Origin: the human T2T-CHM13v2.0 reference genome, Homo sapiens
Direction: 5' to 3' (one strand)
NCBI RefSeq assembly: GCF_009914755.1
Contig: NC_060939.1
Length of the DNA stretch: 64,000 nt
A program made the position numbers and the translations under genes. The notes beneath the pieces are model-generated. The model had not been told where the DNA came from. It saw nothing but the letters and a program-made list of their open reading frames with translations, and made no database searches. Below are positions 25,156 through 41,065 of the stretch, piece after piece; position 1 is the first letter of the stretch; the number at the start of each line of letters is the position of its first letter.

Positions 25156-28100
25156 AGAGTTGCTACAAATAATTTTGCAAAAGATGGATGTAATGCTTCC
25201 CTAAACATGCTTTCTGCAATACACTGAGTAATTTGCCTTTTTCATATCATATTGTGAAAACAGTCAAACCTCCTCTTATGCACTTGGAGATTGTGGGAGA
25301 AATTATTCAGATAGAATTTTGAAGGTATTTGTGTATAGGGAAAAAGGAAACAGACTATTTCTATTAAAGATCAGGTGCACAGGTGCAGTGGTGAAAGAAA
25401 ACCTGTTTTTGAAACAATAAGTATTTTATATGTATTTTTGTCTTTATTAAAATATACATTTTATGAAATATAGCACTTATAAATATAAGGCTTATGTAGA
25501 AATCAGGTAGAAAATATGGAGACTTAAAAAGTAAAAACAGACTTGCTTACTCAATGCTTATATTCTGATGCATCTTATTTAGTGTGAGTATTCAGTTCCT
25601 TGCTCCTTTAAATTATTGCGGTTGTTAAAATTTTTTAAATAGAAATTACCTAGAGGTTCACCTTCATGTCCAGATACCTGTTCACTTTGAACTGAACAGA
25701 TTTCTTTCACTCCTTCCTCTGAGAAGATAATGCTTGATGCACTTATTTTAAAGATATGAATGAAGTTACTTCAAATGCCTGACTTTAAGTACTTGCTTTT
25801 CTTCATATTTTTGCAGAGAATTAAAATTTGCCGAGAATTTATGGCGCAAGGCTAACTGACACTTTATTGAAAGGGTCACAATATTTCCAGAATGAGATGT
25901 GTATTCACCTAATGAAGTTACAAGGCAAAGAGTAACTTAAATGGTGATTAACACTTTACTGTGTAAAATGATTAAACAAGAGACCCTTGTGCAACACAGA
26001 GGGAGCCACATAGAAACCACAATCACTGTACTTCATAGGAGGATCCTTAGCACCTGCAACCATTATATATTTAGAGGACTACCTGAAAAACAACTTAGGA
26101 TTAATGCAAAGGGTAATTAATCCTGTTCTGACCATTTTTTAAAAAGAAGGATCCCACACACAGCCAAAAAAAAAAAAAGTGGAAAATAAATGAATCATTG
26201 GACTGATTAAAATGCATGAAGCTACTAAAGCTCGTCAGACAGGGGACAACTAAACTCATTCATCAAGCCCAATTCACAATTATATCAACAAGATCAGCTA
26301 AAGAAAGCCTGGAAAACTTAACCGCCCTGGGCTAGGAAACTCTTAAAACTTTGTTCTCAACAAGAAATCATATACATTTTTTTAAAAAAAATTAAATATG
26401 TTTTCACAGTTTCCTGCAAAAGAAAATTAAGGCCATCTCTGGAATATGCTAATCTCATCGAATTTGGTAACACTGAATTCAAGCTGGGGATGAAAGAAGT
26501 ATAGAGGGCTAACACGGGCCTCAAACATTTTATAAATCATCAGCTTAAATAAATGTTCCTCTTACAACAGGCACTAGAATTCAGAGATGAGTGATGTGTA
26601 CATCTGCACATTTAATACCTAGAGGTAAATAAGATACAGATCCTATTTCTGATTTTTAGCAAAGGAGAGATTTCAACTCAGTATTTGAAAATGCTCTTTT
26701 CAGCTGGTAAGTTCGTCATGGTGTATTGCAAAGAATGAAATAACTTGGGCATTGTGAGCCCTCCTTTCACAAATGCAGGCATCTTTTCTCAGACAAAGTT
26801 GAATGAGTAAAGTAAAAAAAAAATCCATTGATGATATTTTGACCTTGATCAGAAATCCAAAGGCAGTCCAAACACACATGCCTCCACCCCACTCCATCCC
26901 CGCCTCACCCCCCAGCTTTGAGACTTATGCCCTGTTTAGCTGAAGTGCCCCACAAATAAGGAAGTTTATAACTATGATACCTTCAATGGCTCTCTTTGTC
27001 ATGTTAAATCTTTTCACCTGGCTCAAGTCCAAAGTCAATACACACAGCTTTAAAATAAAACTGGAAGAGACAACACCATGGAGTGGGAAGATGTCTGTGT
27101 GGTATTTGTCCTGAGAACTGAGATAAGTGATATTCTTTTCTATTTTGTAAATTCAAGTAGTATTGATTTCTTAGATTTCGGGTTTTTTATTTGGAAACTT
27201 GGCTATTCTATTACTTTTGGTTTTTTACATGATTCTGCATTTGACTGAGTTTTTAAACAGGATTCTCTGTGATTTGAGGAAGCGCTGACACAATGAATGA
27301 ATTTCATGCACTTTCTCAAGAGAGAAGCTGCAGAAATTCTCACTGTTTCTATTATCTGATTTGGGGGTTTTGAAAAGCCTGAGGAGTGGTGCTAGTAAAT
27401 GATCATCAAAATGGCCTAAATACTATAGCAGTGAGTTTAATTCCTTTAAAGAGATGAGAACACTGAGGGTCTTGCAAGCATAAATATGGCCAGGTGCTCA
27501 AGAAGGATGAGGTGGGAAGTAGGAGGGAGGAAGAGTCCAAGCCGGTGCTGCAGAGAGTAAGATTTACATTCGTTTATGCAAGACTGGGGGAACTGGGGGG
27601 TTGCAGAGTGTAGGGGTGAGGAGCGGGTTTATACTTTTACAAATGAAAATTCCCTTTGTAAAAGGTATTCAGCTAAGAAACAGAAAGGATCAGGATCTAT
27701 TCTTAAATTCTTAATATAAATGTCAATTAATTTTTTTCTCCTAAAAGCCACATATGCACAGAGACACCCAAACAAAAACAAAACAAAAACCACCCAACCC
27801 ACCGGCTGTGAAGCCTCAAAGGGGATGCATTTGTTTCGTTTAAACTAACAACAAATTATCTAATTAATATGTTTCAATTACAGCATGAAAGGCGCAGCCC
27901 CTGGACCGCCCGCCGTGGAGGCACAATAGCCCCAGAGCCCACTCTAGGAATTTACAATAACTTCACATCTGTTTCTTTATTTTCCACTTTTTGAGTCTAA
28001 AACTCCTCTCAAGATTACTGCAAACCACGGCCTCAGTTATGAAATATGTCCCAGTGTTAAAGGGGGATGAAACTTTGCCCACGGATGCTTCATTTGCAAG

Positions 28101-31100
28101 CAAAAAAAGTGAAAGCCCATTGAAGAGCATTAAACAAATATATTAGAATTCTGTCACTTTATGCAATTGAGTAGATCAAATGAAGGGTCCCGGCCACTTC
28201 ATTCACTCTCATTCACTCGAATAGAAAATGCAAAGAATAGCAATCCGAGACTGGGCCACCGATGTAGATTTAGCTCCTTTTTACTGGGAGACAAAAAGGC
28301 TGAATTTTCACAAACACATTGCTGACTCGGGGACTAGGAAACCGGCACTGGAACCCCTTTGGAATTTAAATTCATTTTATCTTCCTCTCTCTTTGGGGGA
28401 ATCTGTTTGCACTACAGTGCAAGATGCAGCAGGCATCCTCTGGCTTCTGAAAAAATGGGGGAGGGGAAGAAAGTGAGTGGGAGCAGGCAATGTGGGACTT
28501 GGGATTCTCAAGGAACTCTTGGTGATCAACAGTCAGGTCTGAGATAATAAGTTTAATTTAAACAAATCTTTACCTATGTCAATATAAACATCATTATATC
28601 ATACACATCTCCAAATCTACCTCTTTGCTAGGCTTGGATTGCATTAACTACTTGTTTTCAAAAACCAGAATCACATCCGGGTCATCAAGTTTTCTTCTTT
28701 CAACAAATGTATCTGGTCTTTGGTGTCATAACAGGCTAGATAGCTGAGCTTGCAACCTCACCTGTTCTGTCTCTCCTGTCTGTCTGTTAGTCTCTTCTCT
28801 TCTCTCTCGCACACCACTTTCTGCTAGCTACCCTATCTGAGCACTGTGATAGTTAAACAGGTTATGTTAAAATCAGGAGAGAGGATACTCTTTGGTTAGA
28901 ATTTCCAAGTGAGAATTCTCTTACATTTTCATTTTTCATCCCTGGAGTGGGGAAAATAAGCCACATGTGTCAGGGTAACGGAGATAATCTTGTGGGGATA
29001 CTTTTATCTTTTGCCTGCCATGCTTGACGTTTTTGTTTAGGTAAACTTTGTAGACTTTTATCCACCAACATTGTAGAAAGGTTGCAGTGACTATTAGAGG
29101 TATTTCTAGAGACAGTGTAAGAAAAAATAAAGTAGACTTATCAACTTTCAAGATGTGATTGCAGAGGAATAAAGAAATTTTTCTCAAACTTGAAATCAAA
29201 ATGAGATCTGATCTAAAGGAGAATATATTTGGAGGCTTTCTATTGTGTTTTTAAATTTTGTCTGGTATTATTTCCAGGTACCTTTAACATTTTTCATGTT
29301 AGCTTCAATAATTATAAAGTCATATTTGACACTATTCTTCATTTAATTCTTGGGATTGTGCCTGGAGCTAGGAATAGGACTGAGAAGGGGAAGTGGCTCA
29401 GACCTCCAGATAAATATATATGTATAAAAAAAAGATGTTGAAAAAATAGTTGGTTGCATATAACCATAGGCTATCAAACTCACTGGAACTAATGATAAAC
29501 TAATCAGAGATTAACCATGAAAAAATGTCCTTGGCTAACTAAAATCTTCCCTGGAAGATTGTCCTTCTAGAATATCTTCAAGAATATTCGGACAAAGCAT
29601 TCTTTGGGTGCAGCCTCCTTTTGCCTGTGTCTGCAAATAACCGATGTCAAATCAGTTGCAGTCTTTTGAAGGAACAAACTCTTGGAGCATTAATTAGAGC
29701 AGATAAGCTCAGAGATAAAACACATTCTTTAAGTATCTGTTGTTTGGAGACATTGTGATTCTAATTCATGCTTTGCAGCCTGTATATTTTTATTTACTCA
29801 GTTAATTTCTCTCCATGAGTGTTCCCCGTTAACTGGGTTTACTAAGTATACAGTACCGAAAGAGTTGGTTAGCAGAAATAATTGCTTTCAAACTCTGCTT
29901 TTGCTACAGATTTCTCTCTTCTTCATGAAATACAACATATTGGTAATTCCAGCACATGACAGCATATAGAGAAACTGTTCAGCAAAGGATTTTAATTTTG
30001 TGCTTAGAAGAAGCTTAGTATTTGTTAAGTAATATCTAGTGTTTTGCATTAATTAGAGCAGCTCCTTGTAGAGACATTACAGCCAAGAATGGTTTCACTT
30101 AACAGGAAAACTCTGAGTATCTGAACTTCCCCACTAAACCTGCTACGGTGAAACCAGAGCTGCAAATGTCTGTCTTGCTTGGAAATATCAACACATATTT
30201 TATTTATTTACATATGTTTGATAAACTAAAATTCTATGTATAACAATAAAATGATCATTGACAAGTTCCACATCACTCTGGGTGCCAGGTGAACTACAAA
30301 AAAAAAAAGGCTGAAATAATGGTTTGTCTGAAGATTCTTAGCTTGATTTCATATTGGAGAAAAACTGCCAAAGACGACCCAGCCCTTCCACGTTGAATGG
30401 ATTCTTCAGACTGAACCAAGTATTTCTATGACTGCCTAGAAGATGCAAAGTTGTGTTCCCATTCTTGTGTTGTGTGTTGGTAAACAGGGGAAGGGCAGGG
30501 GAGAATAAGGGAGAACAGGCAAGGATAACATCTTCTATCAGTTTAGTCCAGATTATGCTTAACACAGCAGTTTCTGGGCCTAACACAGAAAAATTGATGA
30601 CTGAATGATTGAGCGTTCTGAAAATAGTCCTATTGGTTTAGCTTAGGTAAGAACGCTATGCTTTTGCTCCAGGTGTCAGTAATTGAGAATGTTGACTGAG
30701 ATTAAGTTTCTGCTGTGATATTAAGTTTGTAAAATTAAAACATGTGAAATGCATTTAAGTTTACTTGTGGATGTTATTGGCTTCAGTAAAAGAGAACCCC
30801 TCACATAAAACAAGAAAATGAAAATGATTAACTTTGACATAGAAATATAAACAGCAATTTGATTAATTATAGTGCTAATTATTCTTTGCTGTGTAGCCAA
30901 ACATTATCCATTTCTTAAAATGACAGATGCTGAATAAATCATGTAAAATAATTACTTGGAATTTCACTGCAATGAGAAATGGTGTAGTTTAGAGACAGAT
31001 TTATATTGATTTCTAAATATATAATTGGTTCTGTTCTATTTCATTTAGAAATTTAGTTTGTACTGTAAAAATACTTTGTTATAGAAATATTTTATATATT

Positions 31101-32264
31101 TTGCATTATGCATATTTTTAAATCATTTATTTCTTTCAATATTTTCCATAGTTATTTCAGTATAATACATTTTTACATCTTGCTTTTCTCCAGCATATCA
31201 TAGACATTTCCCTATCTAGCTATATACTTTTAATAACCATTGATTTTAAAGGTTGTATAATATGCCACTGAGTGAATTCTTTTTGTTTGGGCATTTAGAA
31301 CGCTTTTAGGTTTTGTTTATTTTTGCTAATACAAAGACTGTTGCAGTGAACATATTTTATACCTAACTAAACACTAGTTCCAATTACATAAAATAAATTA
31401 GCTTTTGGCATACTGAATTCCTTAACAGCTTCCTGCAAATTCAATAATGTAATTTAACTTAGGATTTCAGCTTTTGCTCTTATATTTCCATTGCTATTTA
31501 CCCTGCAACCAGGAACCCAGAGCAATATCGGCTTGACTTAGAATCATGAAAGCACTGAATGTTAGTGTTAGAAAGGTCCTGAGAGATCCAGGTAAACCAA
31601 TACCTTTATTTTACTTACTTGTGAATCCCTCTGATATATTGTCTTATCTGCAGCCCAGTGATTTAACAATACCAGAGTCAGGTTCTAAAAGTAAAGTAAA
31701 GCAGAAAACTTCAGTCCTACCACAGATGCCACACAAATGCAACTAACAATAAAAAATTATGAAGGTATTGAAATTGACAAAATGAAGTCTTTATCTGATA
31801 ATGTGAGTGTGCATGATTTTAAGGCAGTTCATACTCTATGGCCCGCCGTACCCTTTTGAAGTGGGCGTACTGGGCAGTTTGTGCGACTAGAGGGAATGGT
31901 CATTGGTTAACCCCAGATCTCAAGAGAAAGAGATCCACCTTGAATTGGAATCATTTCTTAAGTTTCTGATATCTTCCCCCAAATTACAAACAAATAGTCT
32001 TCCAGACAGACTGCCTTGAGTCCAAAGGGTTCAGGCCCTCAACAGATGTTGACCAATTTGTTTCTTTGACTGCTTTGAAATGACTAATTCCCAAGAAGGG
32101 AGATTGAGGGGAAGGGGATGGAAAAGCAGGCAAGAAATCTGAACTTCAGGCTTTGTCTCCTTGTTGTAGCATTTTGTTTTGACCTTTCTTATGTGACACT
32201 TTTGTGTCAGACTTCCCCCACTCCGGGTTCTTGAGACCTTATTTGTTTCTAATATGGTGGCTTC

Positions 32265-32597
<333 letters not shown>

Positions 32598-32809
32598 TCA
32601 GTGCTTGTCAGTTGGAACAGACAGAAGAGAATAAAGAAGGATAAGCATGAGGTCCACACCTCATGCTGTAACTAGTTGCTGAGATTGAAATCATTCTCCT
32701 GAATTGGGATCAATGTTTTTTGTTGGGGGAAAAAATCATAAAACCAAAGTAATATTTTCACAACTACTTTTCCATAGTCTTCAAACAACGAGCCACCATC
32801 CTCTGAGCT

Positions 32810-32975
32810 GATCATTCCTACTGTTCTAAGTTCTTTAAAAAAATTTATTCATTTTATCCCAATAACAGCTTTATGAAATATGCACTTTTTTTATTATGCC
32901 CATTGTACAGATGGGAATATTGAGGCACAGGGCATTTAACTAAGTTGCCCAAGGTTACCCTGCTAATAAGTATTA
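32810..32975 (-). mobile_element. MIR
   Basis: cccattgtacagatgggaatattgaggcacagggcatttaactaagttgcccaaggttac. Confidence 0.75.
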
Positions 32976-33378
32976 TCTACACCCTATGGATTCTCAGTAA
33001 AGGTTGGTTTAATAGAAAGACACTTTCACTAAACTGCATTTTCTTCCTAAACTGTCTTCTATTTAACTTATTTGGGGGAAAGAAAACCTTCTATAGAACT
33101 AAACATAGTCCTGTATTCTAGCTTACAGCAATTTTTGATCTTTGATCTCAGTCAGATCATGTACCAAAAAAGTCACATTGAAATATCTCCATCCCATCCT
33201 TGAAAATGGACCTCAGTGTATAGCCAACCAACCTGGATCCATACATCAAGATTAACTTAAATCTTCCAGAATTGAGGGCAGCCACATGAAATCTAAGCAG
33301 GAATGCATTCTTATAGTTAGAAGAAAATTACCAACCTGAGTGCCCTTTTCTTCCCTGACAGCCTCTATCAGATCATAA

Positions 33379-33705
<327 letters not shown>

Positions 33706-34362
33706 CATTTTTGCACTTTTGATGTGATTTTAAAAAGAAGAAAAATGGAAAGAAGGAAGAATCAGGATGATGTAACTTTCTAACTCAGTAAATATAGTTT
33801 CATCTGTTGTCGATGGAACCAAATACTCAGGAAATCAACATTTGGTGTTTTCTCTTAACGCTCAGCCTTCATTAGTGGTGCTTTCTAAAGTATGCTTGGG
33901 CACTCACATAGCTTTTTCAATGCAACTCTCAAAAGGGTGGCATTTGTCTGTTTTTGGAAGTGTGCATTTTAAGAAGGTTGTATGTCTTTGCGTTTACTAT
34001 CCCAACTCTAACCTCCATTTTGACCACTGGTCTCAGTTCTGAGTGACTCCTGAGAAACAGTTCATGCTCCCAACTTGAGTTATGGGCTGCCAGTTTGCTG
34101 TGTGTCTGGAAAGTCTGTCAACCTTTCCCTAATAGAGCTGTGCTTTGTTATATGTGTTTCGGCTGGATAAGGCTAGTGAGGCTCACGCGAGCTTCTCATT
34201 TGTCTCATGCTGGTTTGATGGCTGAACTTGCCAAATAAGGGTTTATACCTGGTAATGCACATGATCACTCACTATAGGAGGTCCTGGGGCTATTACTCCA
34301 GTGGCCAAGCTTAGCCATTGGAGTTATTACAGCCCCCACCCCATCTTTAAAGATGTATATAG

Positions 34363-34905
<543 letters not shown>

Positions 34906-34989
34906 CATCTAGTGTTAGTTCTGTTTTCCCAACTGAATCCTGACTAATAGAGTGGTTATGAGCCTGGATCACTTAATCCATCAGCACCA

Positions 34990-36170
34990 TAAAAGTCTAC
35001 TCAACTGATGCTTACTGAACAATGGACATGGATGCTCTACTGTGCTAGGAATTGGCAACAAGGACATAGTTACAAATACATACCCAACAAATCCTGATTT
35101 CCAGGAACTTACCATCTAGTAAAGAAGACACACATGGAGAGCATGCCTCAGTGAAAGAATAGGTTCTCTGAAAGTTCTGAGAAGGAAGAAGAGAAAGAGG
35201 AGGAACAGAAGGCCTTGAGAGGATTTGGGGTTTAGGACTGGGTGAAGACAAATATTTCAAATTCAAGTTTACTAGCATAAGGACTTTGGGTGGCACATCT
35301 GGCAGATAGTGACTTTTCCCACTTGGTGGAAAGAGACCTGATGGTTGAGACCAGAGGGAGGTCAGATTGAGTGTGTTACAGGACCAACAGGTTCATATGC
35401 CTGCTGTGTAGCAACAGGCTAATATGCAGAGACAGCAAGGGTTGTAGCAGAGAAAGAATTTAATACTTTCAGGGTGGCCAAGCAAGGAGATAAAAGGGGT
35501 AAGAGCAGACACTCAAATCCATCTCCCCAAGGAGCTCTGGGCTGAGTTTTTAAGGGGCTCATGCAGTGCAAGGGGCTGGAAAATTAGGGTTGTTGATTGG
35601 ACAGGGTAAGTGATAAAATTATCAGGATGTAGAAACCACATTCTTTGGTGAGTCATCTTCTCTTGGGGTGCTTCAGACCAGCTGACATCAGTAGTTTCGT
35701 TGACATGCAGGACTTGAAAGAATATCTCAAATGGAAAACCTAACATTTCACAATGCTCAAGTAGTCATCTGTAGAGCAGTTAAGGAGAACTATAATCGAG
35801 GCTCTATGTGATTCTAGGGCAGCAGGCAAAGAATTATGAGGAAGCAGGTCAGAGTGCAAGCTGACCTAATGATTAATGTTGAATGTGCTACAAGCATGGT
35901 GTATTTTCATTTCTCCCCACTTCTTCCCTGATTAATTTTTATAATGTTTATAGGGATAATTTCAGGTGAAGAGAGCAGATGGACTTTCTGGAGGCCAGAG
36001 TGAAGAGTCTGTGGAGCCAGTGTAGTCCTTAGGAGATTTATGAGCAATGAGGCTGCATACAGAAATGGCCTCACATAGCAGGAAGATAAGAAGTAATGAG
36101 AAGATGGATGGAGAGGGTTGCAAGCCCCAGGAGAAGTACACCTGAATGTTCTTCAAGGATGAGAGTTGGG
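34990..36170 (-). mobile_element. L2 fragments (split by the LTR at 35374-35964)
   Basis: atgcttactga...ctactgtgctagga...ccaggaacttaccatctagt resembles the L2 3' end in reverse. Confidence 0.55.
35374..35964 (-). mobile_element. ERV1 solo LTR (LTR26-like)
   Basis: TG...CA termini (TGTTACAGG / ATAATTTCA); near-TSD AGTG/GGTG; reverse start TGAAATTATCCCTATAAAC. Subfamily name from memory. Confidence 0.7.
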
Positions 36171-37313
36171 GCTTTCACAGTTCCTTTCACCCAGTACTAA
36201 GAACTCTAATTTCTTAGGTGCCCACTGTGTATGTATATGGTCTGATTCATATGTTATTCTTTTTTAATCCTCATATCAACCCTAAAAGCTACCCTTATTA
36301 CACTAATACCTAAAGGAGTTAATACATTTCCTGATGAGGGGCTGACTGAGATTCAAACCCAGATTCTACCTGTCTTTAAATCCAGTGCCCTTGCCAGTTT
36401 AGTCCACTGCCATTGTAACATACAGCAGCATGTCCTTCAAAAAGTATCTATTGAATAGGATACCATCGAGGCTAACGTGACAAATAGAAAGAGGTAATGG
36501 TGAAGTAATTAAGAATCGAAGGAAACGGATACATTTGGAAGACATATGCCACAAATCAGAGGACATGGTAACTGACTAGATAGTGGGAGAAAAGGTGCTG
36601 GGCAGGAGAGGTAAAGATCAAAGTAATTGAATGGCAATTCATTTAGTCAGGACTACTTGGGTTGCAAGTAACAGAAACTCAACTCAGCCTGATAGTTCTA
36701 GCAAAAGTCCCATGGAGGAGTCTGATTCTTTCTCTTTGGGTCATCACTGTAATTAAAGAGATATAGTTCTCTGATTGGCCACATATGGGTCAAGTTCCAT
36801 CCCTGGGACCCAGGCAGGCAGCTCTACTACACAGAATTCCTGAGGCTGAGCAGGATTCCTTTGGAATGCTCACTATACAGTAACGCTAAGTTTCAAGCCT
36901 GATTAACTAGAAGTGAGATGCCATGGATGGAAAATATCAATGGTGGGGAGCAAGTGGCTTTGGGAGAAAATGTTGAGTTTGGGTGAGGACCTGCTGAGCT
37001 TGCACCAGCTCCAACAAAGATGTAGCCCAATCTTGTAGGTGTCCAGCCGTAACCTGAAATTGCTCTCATGTTTTCTCAAAAACTTTAAATCTTTTTAACT
37101 TTTAAGGTAAAAGTGTGAATTCTAGAAATTTTGGACCATCCATTGATTTCAAAAGTAGAGTGAAAGGGACAAAAAATAATGACTGAACTTATAGAACCTA
37201 CATGCAAAGTAGAGTGAGATTTTTTCTTTGTGAATGCACAAATTATTGGTTCAGGTAATACCATTTTCACCTCCTCTCCATAAACTTTATGGGTTTGTGG
37301 CATTGAGCTAAAA

Positions 37314-37937
<624 letters not shown>

Positions 37938-38429
37938 AGCTAAAAATGTGGAGTATGAATTGGCCTATGATAGGCCAACCTATATTTATTGGATGGTTAC
38001 TGAGCTACAAATATGGTAAAAAGCCAAGATGAAGTCTAGATTTTTATCAAGTAATCCATTTGATTGTAAGTGTGGGAGCTGTCAATAAATTTATTCATAG
38101 CCTGTTACAGAACTCGGATCAGAAAGCAAAAGCTAGTCACAACTCTCAGTATATCCTTATATTTCTCTAGTTGCTCATGGGACCATCTCATATTTTTACA
38201 AACTGTGTAGTTTACAAAGTGCTATCAAACACGCCATAGGTTTGAGCCAATATGTAAAACACTACATAGTTAGCTTATGGTAAGACCTGACTTCTCCTGA
38301 ATGTAACATTTGCTAGGGATTGGTTGATTAAAATATGTCATAGTATGGTAGTATATAAACAAATGAATCAATTTAGGAAACACATTACTCGTTAGATCAA
38401 GTAAGCACATTCCAAGTAGAATGAAGATT

Positions 38430-38930
38430 AGCTGGATGCCTTCCCAGCATCTATTCTCACCTTTCCAAAACCTACAGCTTCACTTTGGGAGTGCATGAAG
38501 TAATAAGAAAGCTGCTTCTACCAAGAAACCTATACTAAGACAAGCAGTCCATTCTCAGCCACGGTGACTGGTCAGACAGGCATGTGGTCCTTAGTTGATC
38601 CTATCAGAGTGATTCTAAGAAATGTGGCAGGAATGCTTCAAAGTCAGTCGTTCTTTCCTGATAGGATTGAGTGAGAAGTGGATGGGAGTGGCTGGCTGCC
38701 CTCGTAGGAACCCCAGAGAAACTGCTAAGATGAAGCTGGCATTGCAGAAGCAAGAGTAGAGAGAAAAAGAAACAGTCCTTGGGACATTATTGAGTCACTC
38801 TCTTGGATGCTACCTGATGTACATCAAGTTCTGCCTTTGACATTTGAAGTGTCATGAACCAGTAAATGCCCTTTACTCTCCTAGTTTGAATCGGGTTTTC
38901 ATTTACATGTGGCTAAAACACATCAGGTAA
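38430..38930 (+). mobile_element. Old ERVL/MaLR LTR remnant (LTR16-like)
   Basis: Degenerate LTR-like 3' end: agtaaatgccctttactc...tttgaatcgggttttcatttac. Confidence 0.4.
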
Positions 38931-38965
38931 CAAAGATTCTTTGATTTATTCATTCATTCATAAAA

Positions 38966-40378
38966 TGTTGTTATGTGGGTTTTTTTTGTTTGTTCTTTTT
39001 TCTGACCCCAAATGTTAGTCTTTTCTGAACAACAACCACAACTGTTACCGGAAATGAGTCCTGATCCAGACCCCAAGAGAGGGTTCTTGGATACCCTCAC
39101 AAGAAAGAATTTGGGATGGGTCCATAGAGTAAAGTAAAAGCAAGTTTATTAAGAAAGTAAAGAAATGAAAGAATGGCTACTCCATAGGCAGAGCAGCACT
39201 GAGGGCTGCTGGTTGGTTATTTTTATGCTTATTTCTTGATTATATGCTAAACAAGGAGTGGATTATTCATGAGTTTTCCAGAAAAGGGGCAGGAATTTCC
39301 CAGAACTAAGGGCTCCTCCTCTTTTTAGACCATATATGGTAACTTCCCAAAGCTGCCATGACATTTGTAACTGTCATGGCATTGGTGGGAGTGTCTTTCA
39401 GCATGCTAATGCATTATAACTAGCATGTAATGAGCAGTGAGGACGACCAGAGGTCACTTTCATCATCATCTTAGCTTTGGTGGGTTTGGGCCAGCTTCTT
39501 TACCACATCCTGTTTTATCAGCAGGGTCTTTAGAACCTGTATCTTGTGATACCAGTCCTGCCAGTTTCCTGTCTCATCATGTGACTAAGAATGCCTAACC
39601 TACTGGGAATGCAGCCCCAGTAGGTCTCAGCCTTATTTTACCCAGCCCCTACTCAAGATGGTGTCGCTCCAGTTCAAATGCCTCTGACACAACCAATTCT
39701 TACGTTTTCCTATACCAACTCTAACACTACCCAGAGTTAGTGTAGAACCCACATGTCAAGGGTTCAATCCCACAAGACTGCCCCACTTCAGACACCAGCC
39801 ACAAATGAGGTCCTCAGGTTACCTGCACTTCTTACCGGCTGACCGCAAATTCAGAGTCTCCTTGCCCCCATTCTGTAATCCACTTGAACAACTGCCCAGT
39901 TTATTATAAAGGATACAGCTCAGGACAGCCAAATAGAAAGGATGCACAGGGCAAGGTATTTGGAGGTCGGGGGATGGGGGTGCAGGGCTTTCATGCCTTC
40001 TTTGGACATGCCACCTTTGCAGTGCATCCACGAGTTCACCAAACTGAAAGCCACCCAACAGTGTTATTTACGGGTTTTAATGGAGGCAGTAGGCAAATCA
40101 TTGATCATTGGTGACTGAATGTGATTTCCAGCCCCTCTTCCTTCCCCAGAGGTCAGGAGGTGAGGCTGAAAATTCTAACCTTGTAATCACTTGGTTTTCT
40201 GGTGATCAGCTCCCATCCAGAAGCTGTGGAGCCTGCCCACCGTCCCCTGAGCCACCTCATTAGCATACAAAAGACAGTAAATTCCAAGTGTTTTAGGAAC
40301 TCTGTGTCAGGAAGCAGGGACAAAACCCAAATATTATTATTATTATCATTATTATTATTGTTCTTTTCACACAACACA
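38966..40378 (-). mobile_element. MER21-family LTR split by a MER41B insertion
   Basis: cccacaagactgcccccacttcagacaccagccacaa; ttttaggaactctgtgtcaggaa...caaaacccaaatat...acaacaca. Confidence 0.7.
39043..39689 (-). mobile_element. MER41B solo LTR (ERV1)
   Basis: Reverse complement begins TGTCAGAGGCATTTGAACTGGAGCGACACCATCTTGAG and ends ...TTCCGGTAACA; ~647 bp; 4-bp TSD CAAC. Confidence 0.9.
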
Positions 40379-40760
40379 GGAAGCTTTATTCATACACTAC
40401 TGCTCCGGAGAAAAGCAGGCTCAAAGAGATCGCTTTCTTTAATATGCTGCAATCTTGGGCTTCTGCCAATTCTCAAAATCCATTTCAGTTCATCCAGCCT
40501 CTTTTTCTCTTCCACCCCTATCCTCCTGTCCTCTTTGGCTTTTCTCCTCTTTTAGGTAACAGTAGCTTGTGGCTCCATAGGCCATGCTGAGGAACAGGGT
40601 ATTTTTGAAAGAACAGCCAAACTCAAGGAGGCAGAGAGACCTACACTGGTAGCACTATCTTCTATTTCGTATTATACCAAAATTACCTACACTTATCCTG
40701 CTCATATATTATGCTCGGCTCTGGAAACTACTCAATCTGTGCCTTCAAATGACTCACTGG

Positions 40761-41065
<305 letters not shown>

